A stretch of 64,000 nucleotides of DNA from Eledone cirrhosa. Taxonomy: Eukaryota. The DNA is taken from the NCBI GenBank assembly GCA_964016885.1, contig OZ024740.1, forward strand, positions 319,238,001 to 319,302,000. The letters run 5' to 3'. The notes under the pieces were generated by a model. The model was not told the DNA's origin, did not search any database, and worked only from the letters and a program-made list of their open reading frames with translations. The position numbers and the translations under genes were made by a program. Below are positions 1 through 12,012 of the stretch, one piece after another (the stretch's first letter is position 1; every line of letters starts with the position of its first letter).

Positions 1-101
1 TAACGACTCGACCAATTCGAAGTCTTTCTACTACAATACTCACAACAAATAATCAAGGATTGTAACGTCTATTTCAACAACTTACATTCTATCTGACATT
101 C

Positions 102-3100
102 TAACGACTCTACCAATTCGAAGTCTTTCTACTACAATACTCACGACAAATAATCCAGGATTGTCTCCTCTATTTCAACAACTTACATTCTATCTGACAT
201 TCTAACGACTCTACCAATTCGAGGTCTTTCTACTACAATACTAACAACAAATAATCCAGGATTGTCTCGTCTATTTCCACAACTTACATTCCATCTCACA
301 TTCTAACGACTCTACCAATTCGAGGTCTTTCTACTAAAATACTAACTTCAAATAATCCAGGATTGTCTCGTCTGTTTCCACAACTTACATTCCATCTCAC
401 ATTCTAACGACTCTACCAATTCGAAGTCTTTCTACTACAGTACTCACAACAAATATTCAAGGTTTGTATCGTCTATTTCCACAACTTACATTGATCTGAC
501 ATTCTAACGACTGTACCAATTCGAAGCCTTTCTACTACAATACTCACAACAAATAATCCAGGATTGTCTCGTCTATTTCCACACCTTACATTCTATCTGA
601 CATTCTAACGACTCTACCAATTCGAAGTCTTTCTACTACAATACTAACTTCAAATAATCCAGGATTGTCTCGTCTATTTCCACAACTTACATTCTATCTG
701 ACATTCTAACGACTCTACCAATTCGAAGTCTTTCTACTACAATACTCACAACAAATAATCTAGGATTGTCTCGTCTATTTCCACAACTTACATTCTATCT
801 GACATTCTAACGACTCTACCAATTCGAAGTCTTTCTACTACAATACTCACAACAAATAATCCAGGATTGTCTCGTCTATTTCCACACCTTACATTTTATC
901 TGATATTCTAACGACTCTACCCATAAGCTGTATTTCTACTACAATACTAACTTCAAATAATCCAGGATTGTCACGTCTATTTCCACACCTTACATTCTAT
1001 CAGATATTCTAACGACTCTACCAATTCGAAGTCTTTCTACTACAATACTAACAACAAATAATTTACGATTATCTCGTTTATTTCCACAACTTACATTCTA
1101 TCTGACGTTCTAACGATTCTACCCATTCGCTGTATTTCTACTAAAATACTAACTTCAAATAATCCAGGATTGTCTCGTCTATTTCCACAACTTACATTCT
1201 ATCTGACATTCTAACGACTCGACCAATTCGAAGTCTTTCTACTACAATACTCACAACAAATAATCAAGGATTGTAACGTCTATTTCCACAACTTACATTC
1301 TATCTGTCATTCTAACGACTCTACCAATTCGAAGTCTTTCTACTACAATACTCACAACAAATAATCCAGGATTGTCTCGTCTATTTCCACACCTTACATT
1401 CTATCTGACATTCTAACGACTCTACCAATTCGAAGTCTTTCTACTACAATACTCACAACAAATAATCCAGGATTGTCTCCTCTATTTCCACAACTTACAT
1501 TCTATCTGTCATTCTAACGACACTACCAATTCGAAGTCTTTCTACTACAATACTAACTTTAAATAATCCAGGATTGTCTCCTCTATTTCAACAACTTACA
1601 TTCTATCTGACATTCTAACGACTCTACCAATTTGAGGTCTTTCTACTACAATACTCACAACAAATTATCCAGGATTGTCTCGTCTATTTCTACACCTTAC
1701 ATTCTATCTGACATTCTAACGACTCTACCAATTCGCTGTATTTCTACTAAAATACTAATTTCAAATAATCCAGGATTGTCTCATCTATTTCCACAACTTA
1801 CATTCTATCTGATATTCTAACGACTCTACCAATTCAAGGTCTTTCTACTACAATACTCACAACAAATAATCCAGGATTGTCTCGTCTATTTCCACATCTT
1901 ACATTCTATCTCACATTCTAACGACTCTACCAATTCGCTGTTTTTCTAATACAATACCAACTTCAAATAATCCGGGATTGTCTCGTCTATTTCCACAACT
2001 TACATTCTGTCTGACATTCTAACGACTCTACCAATTCGAAGTCATTCTACTACAATACTCACAACAAATAATCCAGGATTGTCTCGTCTATTTCCACAAC
2101 TTACATTCTATCTAAAAGTCTAACGACTCTACCAATTCGAAGTCTTTCTTCTACAATACTAACATCAACTAATCTAGGATTGTCTCGTCTATTTCCACAA
2201 CTTACATATCTGACATTCTAACGACTCTACCAATTTGAAGTCTTTCTACTACAATACTCACAACAAATAATCAAGGATTGTCACGTCTATTTCCACAACT
2301 TACATTCTATCTGATATTCTAACGACACTACCAATTCGAAGTCTTTCTACTACAGTACTCACAACAAATATTCAAGGTTTGTAACGTCTATTTCCACAAC
2401 TTACATTCTATCTGACATTCTAACGACTCTACCAATTCGAAGTCTTTCTACTACAATACTCACGACAAATAATCCAGGATTGTCTCCTCTATTTCAACAA
2501 CTTACATTCTATCTGACATTCTAACGACTCTACCAATTCGAGGTCTTTCTACTACAATACTCACAACAAATAATCCAGGATTGTCTCGTCTATTTCCACA
2601 ACTTACATTCCATCTCACATTCTAACGACTCTACCAATTCGAGGTCTTTCTACTAAAATACTAACTTCAAATAATCCAGGATTGTCTCGTCTGTTTCCAC
2701 AACTTACATTCCATCTCACATTCTAACGACTCTACCAATTCGAAGTCTTTCTACTACAGTACTCACAACAAATATTCAAGGTTTGTATCGTCTATTTCCA
2801 CAACTTACATTGATCTGACATTCTAACGACTGTACCAATTCGAAGCCTTTCTACTATAATACTCACAACAAATAATCCAGGATTGTCTCGTCTATTTCCA
2901 CACCTTACATTCTATCTGACATTCTAACGACTCTACCAATTCGAAGTCTTTCTACTACAATACTAACTTCAAATAATCCAGGATTGTCTCGTCTATTTCC
3001 ACAACTTACATTCTATCTGACATTCTAACGACTCTACCAATTCGAAGTCTTTCTACTACAATACTCACAACAAATAATCTAGGATTGTCTCGTCTATTTC

Positions 3101-4670
3101 CACAACTTACATTCTATCTGACATTCTAACGACTCTACCAATTCGAAGTCTTTCCCACTACAATACTCACAACAAATAATCCAGGATTGTCTCGTCTATT
3201 TCCACACCTTACATTTTATCTGATATTCTAACGACTCTACCCATAAGCTGTATTTCTACTACAATACTAACTTCAAATGATCCAGGATTGTCACGTCTAT
3301 TTCCACAACTTACATTCTATCTGATATTCTAACGACTCTACCAATTCGAAGTCTTTCTACTACAATACTAACAACAAATAATTTACGATTGTCTCGTCTA
3401 TTTCCACAACTTACATTCTATCTGACGTTCTAACGATTCTACCCATTCGCTGTATTTCTACTAAAATACTAACTTCAAATAATCCAGGATTGTCTCGTCT
3501 ATTTCCACAACTTACATTCTATCTGACATTCTAACGACTCGACCAATTCGAAGTCTTTCTACTACAATACTCACAACAAATAATCAAGGATTGTAACGTC
3601 TATTTCCACAACTTACATTCTATCTGTCATTCTAACGACTCTACCAATTCGAAGTCTTTCTACTACAATACTCACAACAAATAATCCAGGATTGTCTCGT
3701 CTATTTCCACACCTTACGTTCTATCTGACATTCTAACGACTCTACCAATTCGAAGTCTTTCTACTACAATACTCACAACAAATAATCCAGGATTGTCTCC
3801 TCTATTTCCACAACTTACATTCTATCTGTCATTCTAACGACACTACCAATTCGAAGTCTTTCTACTACAATACTAACTTTAAATAATCCAGGATTGTCTC
3901 CTCTATTTCAACAACTTACATTCTATCTGACATTCTAACGACTCTACCAATTTGAGGTCTTTCTACTACAATACTCACAACAAATTATCCAGGATTGTCT
4001 CGTCTATTTCTACACCTTACATTCTATCTGACATTCTAACGACTCTACCAATTCGCTGTATTTCTACTAAAATACTAACTTCAAATAATCCAGGATTGTC
4101 TCATCTATTTCCACAACTTACATTCTATCTGATATTCTAACGACTCTACCAATTCAAGGTCTTTCTACTACAATACTCACAACAAATAATCCAGGATTGT
4201 CTCGTCTATTTCCACATCTTACATTCTATCTCACATTCTAACGACTCTACCAATTCGCTGTTTTTCTAATACAATACCAACTTCAAATATAATCCGGGAT
4301 TGTCTCGTCTATTTCCACAACTTACATTCTGTCTGACATTCTAACGACTCTACCAATTCGAAGTCATTCTACTACAATACTCACAACAAATAATCCAGGA
4401 TTGTCTCGTCTATTTCCACAACTTACATTCTATCTAAAAGTCTAACGACTCTACCAATTCGAAGTCTTTCTTCTACAATACTAACATCAACTAATCTAGG
4501 ATTGTCTCGTCTATTTCCACAACTTACATATCTGACATTCTAACGACTCTACCAATTTGAAGTCTTTCTACTACAATACTCACAACAAATAATCAAGGAT
4601 TGTCACGTCTATTTCCACAACTTACATTCTATCTGATATTCTAACGACACTACCAATTCGAAGTCTTTCT
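102..4670. repeat. Local higher-order repeat of about 23 monomers (period 2320 bp), two copies; a third near-copy of 1-2300 lies at offset 5850
   Basis: 3952-1632=2320 (23x101 -3 -1 +1 for the observed indels). 7482-1632=5850. The order of diagnostic monomers is the same. Confidence 0.85.
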
Positions 4671-7600
4671 ACTACAATACTAACTTTAAATAATCCAGGA
4701 TTGTCTCCTCTATTTCAACAATTTACATTCTATCTGACATTCTAACGACTCTACCAATTCGAGGTCTTTCTACTACAATACTCACAACAAATAATCCAGG
4801 ATTGTCTCGTCTGTTTCCACACCTTACATTCTATCTGACATTCTAACGACTCTACCAATTCGCTGTATTTCTACTAAAATACTAACTTCAAATAATCCAG
4901 GATTGTCTCATCTATTTCCACAACTTACATTCTATCTGATATTCGAACGACTCTACCAATTCGAAGTATTTCTACTACAATACTAACAACAAATAATCCA
5001 GGATTGTCTCGTCTATTTCCACAACTTACATACTATCTGACATTCTAACGACTCTACCAATTCGAAGTCTTTCTACTACAATACTAACTTTAAATAATCC
5101 AGGATTGTCTCCTCTATTTCCACAACTTACATTCTATCTGATATTCGAACGACTCTACCAATTCGAAGTCTTTCTACTACAATACTAACTTTAAATAATC
5201 CAGGATTGTCTCCTCTATTTCAACAACTTACATTCTATCTGACATTCTAACGACTCTACCAATTTGAGGTCTTTCTACTACAATACTCACAACAAATTAT
5301 CCAGGATTGTCTCGTCTATTTCTACACCTTACATTCTATCTGACATTCTAACGACTCTACCAATTCGCTGTATTTCTACTAAAATACTAACTTCAAATAA
5401 TCCAGGATTGTCTCATCTATTTCCACAACTTACATTCTATCTGATATTCTAACGACTCTACCAATTCAAGGTCTTTCTACTACAATACTCACAACAAATA
5501 ATCCAGGATTGTCTCGTCTATTTCCACATCTTACATTCTATCTCACATTCTAACGACTCTACCAATTCGCTGTTTTTCTAATACAATACCAACTTCAAAT
5601 AATCCGGGATTGTCTCGTCTATTTCCACAACTTACATTCTGTCTGACATTCTAACGACTCTACCAATTCGAAGTCATTCTACTACAATACTCACAACAAA
5701 TAATCCAGGATTGTCTCGTCTATTTCCACAACTTACATTCTATCTAAAAGTCTAACGACTCTACCAATTCGAAGTCTTTCTTCTACAATACTAACATCAA
5801 CTAATCTAGGATTGTCTCGTCTATTTCCACAACTTACATATCTGACATTCTAACGACTCTACCAATTTGAAGTCTTTCTACTACAATACTCACAACAAAT
5901 AATCAAGGATTGTAACGTCTATTTCCACAACTTACATTCTATCTGACATTCTAACGACTCTACCAATTCGAAGTCTTTCTACTACAATACTCACGACAAA
6001 TAATCCAGGATTGTCTCCTCTATTTCAACAACTTACATTCTATCTGACATTCTAACGACTCTACCAATTCGAGGTCTTTCTACTACAATACTAACAACAA
6101 ATAATCCAGGATTGTCTCGTCTATTTCCACAACTTACATTCCATCTCACATTCTAACGACTCTACCAATTCGAGGTCTTTCTACTAAAATACTAACTTCA
6201 AATAATCCAGGATTGTCTCGTCTGTTTCCACAACTTACATTCCATCTCACATTCTAACGACTCTACCAATTCGAAGTCTTTCTACTACAGTACTCACAAC
6301 AAATATTCAAGGTTTGTATCGTCTATTTCCACAACTTACATTGATCTGACATTCTAACGACTGTACCAATTCGAAGCCTTTCTACTACAATACTCACAAC
6401 AAATAATCCAGGATTGTCTCGTCTATTTCCACACCTTACATTCTATCTGACATTCTAACGACTCTACCAATTCGAAGTCTTTCTACTACAATACTAACTT
6501 CAAATAATCCAGGATTGTCTCGTCTATTTCCACAACTTACATTCTATCTGACATTCTAACGACTCTACCAATTCGAAGTCTTTCTACTACAATACTCACA
6601 ACAAATAATCTAGGATTGTCTCGTCTATTTCCACAACTTACATTCTATCTGACATTCTAACGACTCTACCAATTCGAAGTCTTTCTACTACAATACTCAC
6701 AACAAATAATCCAGGATTGTCTCGTCTATTTCCACACCTTACATTTTATCTGATATTCTAACGACTCTACCCATAAGCTGTATTTCTACTACAATACTAA
6801 CTTCAAATAATCCAGGATTGTCACGTCTATTTCCACACCTTACATTCTATCTGATATTCTAACGACTCTACCAATTCGAAGTCTTTCTACTACAATACTA
6901 ACAACAAATAATTTACGATTGTCTCGTCTATTTCCACAACTTACATTCTATCTGACGTTCTAACGATTCTACCCATTCGCTGTATTTCTACTAAAATACT
7001 AACTTCAAATAATCCAGGATTGTCTCGTCTATTTCCACAACTTACATTCTATCTGACATTCTAACGACTCGACCAATTCGAAGTCTTTCTACTACAATAC
7101 TCACAACAAATAATCAAGGATTGTAACGTCTATTTCCACAACTTACATTCTATCTGTCATTCTAACGACTCTACCAATTCGAAGTCTTTCTACTACAATA
7201 CTCACAACAAATAATCCAGGATTGTCTCGTCTATTTCCACACCTTACATTCTATCTGACATTCTAACGACTCTACCAATTCGAAGTCTTTCTACTACAAT
7301 ACTCACAACAAATAATCCAGGATTGTCTCCTCTATTTCCACAACTTACATTCTATCTGTCATTCTAACGACACTACCAATTCGAAGTCTTTCTACTACAA
7401 TACTAACTTTAAATAATCCAGGATTGTCTCCTCTATTTCAACAACTTACATTCTATCTGACATTCTAACGACTCTACCAATTTGAGGTCTTTCTACTACA
7501 ATACTCACAACAAATTATCCAGGATTGTCTCGTCTATTTCTACACCTTACATTCTATCTGACATTCTAACGACTCTACCAATTCGCTGTATTTCTACTAA

Positions 7601-10600
7601 AATACTAACTTCAAATAATCCAGGATTGTCTCATCTATTTCCACAACTTACATTCTATCTGATATTCTAACGACTCTACCAATTCAAGGTCTTTCTACTA
7701 CAATACTCACAACAAATAATCCAGGATTGTCTCGTCTATTTCCACATCTTACATTCTATCTCACATTCTAACGACTCTACCAATTCGCTGTTTTTCTAAT
7801 ACAATACCAACTTCAAATAATCCGGGATTGTCTCGTCTATTTCCACAACTTACATTCTGTCTGACATTCTAACGACTCTACCAATTCGAAGTCATTCTAC
7901 TACAATACTCACAACAAATAATCCAGGATTGTCTCGTCTATTTCCACAACTTACATTCTATCTAAAAGTCTAACGACTCTACCAATTCGAAGTCTTTCTT
8001 CTACAATACTAACATCAACTAATCTAGGATTGTCTCGTCTATTTCCACAACTTACATATCTGACATTCTAACGACTCTACCAATTTGAAGTCTTTCTACT
8101 ACAATACTCACAACAAATAATCAAGGATTGTCACGTCTATTTCCACAACTTACATTCTATCTGACATTCTAACGACTCTACCAATTCGCTGTATTTCTAC
8201 TAAAATACTAACTTCAAATAATCCAGGATTGTCTCATCTATTTCCACAACTTACATTCTATCTGATATTCGAACGACTCTACCAATTCGAAGTATTTCTA
8301 CTACAATACTAACAATAAATAATCCAGGATTGTCTCGTCTATTTCCACAACTTACATACTATCTGACATTCTAACGACTCTACCAATTCGAAGTCTTTCT
8401 ACTACAATACTAACTTTAAATAATCCAGGATTGTCTCCTCTATTTCCACAACTTACATTCTATCTGATATTCGAACGACTCTACCAATTCGAAGTCTTTC
8501 TACTACAATACTAACTTTAAATAATCCAGGATTGTCTCCTCTATTTCAACAACTTACATTCTATCTGACATTCTAACGACTCTACCAATTTGAGGTCTTT
8601 CTACTACAATACTCACAACAAATTATCCAGGATTGTCTCGTCTATTTCTACACCTTACATTCTATCTGACATTCTAACGACTCTACCAATTCGCTGTATT
8701 TCTACTAAAATACTAACTTCAAATAATCCAGGATTGTCTCATCTATTTCCACAACTTATATTCTGTCTGACATTCTAACGACTCTACCAATTCGAAGTCA
8801 TTCTACTACAATACTCACAACAAATAATCCAGGATTGTCTCGTCTATTTCCACATCTTACATTCTATCTCACATTCTAACGACTCTACCAATTCGCTGTT
8901 TTTCTAATACAATACCAACTTCAAATAATCCGGGATTGTCTCGTCTATTTCCACAACTTACATTCTGTCTGACATTCTAACGACTCTACCAATTCGAAGT
9001 CATTCTACTACAATACTCACAACAAATAATCCAGGATTGTCTCGTCTATTTCCACAACTTACATTCTATCTAAAAGTCTAACGACTCTACCAATTCGAAG
9101 TCTTTCTTCTACAATACTAACATCAACTAATCTAGGATTGTCTCGTCTATTTCCACAACTTACATATCTGACATTCTAACGACTCTACCAATTTGAAGTC
9201 TTTCTACTACAATACTCACAACAAATAATCAAGGATTGTCACGTCTATTTCCACAACTTACATTCTATCTGATATTCTAACGACACTACCAATTCGAAGT
9301 CTTTCTACTACAATACTAACTTTAAATAATCCAGGATTGTCTCCTCTATTTCCACACCTTACATTCTATCTGACATTCTAACGACTCTACCAATTCGCTG
9401 TATTTCTACTAAAATACTAACTTCAAATAATCCAGGATTGTCTCATCTATTTCCACAACTTACATTCTATCTGATATTCGAACGACTCTACCAATTCGAA
9501 GTATTTCTACTACAATACTAACAACAAATAATCCAGGATTGTCTCGTCTATTTCCACAACTTACATACTATCTGACATTCTAACGACTCTACCAATTCGA
9601 AGTCTTTCTACTACAATACTAACTTTAAATAATCCAGGATTGTCTCCTCTATTTCCACAACTTACATTCTATCTGATATTCGAACGACTCTACCAATTCG
9701 AAGTCTTTCTACTACAATACTAACTTTAAATAATCCAGGATTGTCTCCTCTATTTCAACAACTTACATTCTATCTGACATTCTAACGACTCTACCAATTC
9801 GAGGTCTTTCTACTACAATACTCACAACAAATAATCCAGGATTGTCTCGTCTATTTCCACACCTTACATTCTATCTGACATTCTAACGACTCTACCCATT
9901 CGCTGTATTTCTACTAAAATACTAACTTCAAATAATCCAGGATTGTCTCGTCTATTTCCACAACTTACATTCCATCTCACATTCTAACGACTCTACCAAT
10001 TCGAAGTCTTTCTACTACAGTACTCACAACAAATAATCAAGGTTTGTATCGTCTATTTCCACAACTTACATTCTATCTGACATTCTAACGACTCTACCAA
10101 TTCGAAGTCTTTCTACTACAATACTCACAACAAATAATCCAGGATTGTCTCCTCTATTTCCACAACTTACATTCTATCTGACATTCTAACGACTCTACCA
10201 ATTCGCTGTATTTCTACTAAAATACTAACTTCAAATAATCCAGGATTGTCTCATCTATTTCCACAAATTACATTCTATCTGATATGCTAACGACTCTACC
10301 AATTCAGGGTCTTTCTACTACAATACTCACAACAAATAATCCAGGATTGTCTCGTCTATTTCCACAACTTACATTCTATCTCACATTCTAACGACTCTAC
10401 CAATTCGCTGTCTTTCTAATACAATACTAACTTCAAATAATCAAGGATTGTCTCGTCTATTTCCACAACTTACATTCTGTCTGACATTCTAACGACTCTA
10501 CCAATTCGAAGTCATTCTACTACAATACTCACAACAAATAATCCAGGATTGTCTCGTCTATTTCCACAACTTACATTCTATCTAAAAGTCTAACGACTCT

Positions 10601-11932
10601 ACCAATTCGAAGTCTTTCTACTACAATACTAACATCAACTAATCTAGGATTGTCTCGTCTATTTCCACAACTTACATATCTGACATTCTAACGACTCTAC
10701 CAATTTGAAGTCTTTCTACTACAATACTCACAACAAATAATCAAGGATTGTCACGTCTATTTCCACAACTTACATTCTATGTGATATTCTAACGACACTA
10801 CCAATTCGAAGTCTTTCTACTACAATACTAACTTTAAATAATCCAGGATTGTCTCCTCTATTTCAACAACTTACATTCTATCTGACATTCTAACGACTCT
10901 ACCAATTCGAAGTCTTTCTACTACAATACTAACTTTAAATAATCCAGGATTGTCTCCTCTATTTCAACAACTTACATTCTATCTGACATTCTAACGACTC
11001 TACCAATTTGAGGTCTTTCTACTACAATACTCACAACAAATTATCCAGGATTGTCTCGTCTATTTCTACACCTTACATTCTATCTGACATTCTAACGACT
11101 CTACCAAATCGCTGTATTTCTACTAACATACAAACTTCAAATAATCCAGGATTGTCTCATCTATTTCCACAACTTACATTCTATCTGATATTCTAACGAC
11201 TCTACCAATTCAAGGCCTTTCTACTACAATACTCACAACAAATAATCCAGGATTGTCTCGTCTATTTCCACATCTTACATTCTATCTCACATTCTAACGA
11301 CTCTACCAATTCGAAGTCTTTCTACTACAATACTAACATCAACTAATCTAGGATTGTCTCGTCTATTTCCACAACTTACATATATGACATTCTAACGACT
11401 CTACCAATTCGAGGTCTTTCTACTACAATACTCACAACAAATAATCCAGGATTGTCTCGTCTATTTCCACACCTTACATTCTATCTGACATTCTAACGAC
11501 TCTACCGATTCGCTGTATTTCTACTAAAATACTAACTTCAAATAATCCAGGATTGTCTCGTCTATTTCCACAACTTACATTCTATCTCACATTCTAACGA
11601 CTCTACCAATTCGCTGTCTTTCTAATACAATACTAACTTCAAATAATACGGGATTGTCTCGTCTATTTCCACAACTTACATTCTATCTGACATTCTAACG
11701 ACTCTACCAATTCGAAGTCATTCTACTAAAATACTCACAACAAATAATCCAGGATTGTCTCGTCTATTTCCACAACTTACATTCTATCTAAAAGTCTAAC
11801 GACTCTACCAATTCGAAGTCTTTCTACTACAATGCTAACATCAACTAATCTAGGATTGTCTCGTCTATTTCCACAACTTACATTCTATCTGACATTCTAA
11901 CGATTCTACCAATTTGAAGTCTTTCTACTACA
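823..11932. repeat. Large tandem duplication A, copy 1 (about 11.1 kb, 110-111 monomer period)
   Basis: ORF-track markers 1632/3952/5264/7482/8590/11008 recur at 12822/15041/16353/18571/19679/22097 (offset 11190, then 11089). Rare markers are shared: TTTCCCACTA 3151/14341, AAATGATCC ~3275/~14465, AAATATAATCCGG ~4285/~15374. Confidence 0.93.
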
Positions 11933-12012
11933 GTACTCACAACAAATATTCAAGGTTTGTATCGTCTATTTCCACAACTTACATTTATCTGACATTCTAA
12001 CGACTGTACCAG

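Noticed and set aside
14-32. CENP-B box
   Set aside because: Only TTCG matches. The required TTCG....A..CGGG pattern is not present on either strand of the consensus.
1-101. tRNA, 5S rRNA or SINE-derived tandem gene array (TTCGAA resembles a T-loop/B-box)
   Set aside because: The GGTTCGA context, an A-box and cloverleaf stems are missing. With only 8 G per unit, stable structure is unlikely.
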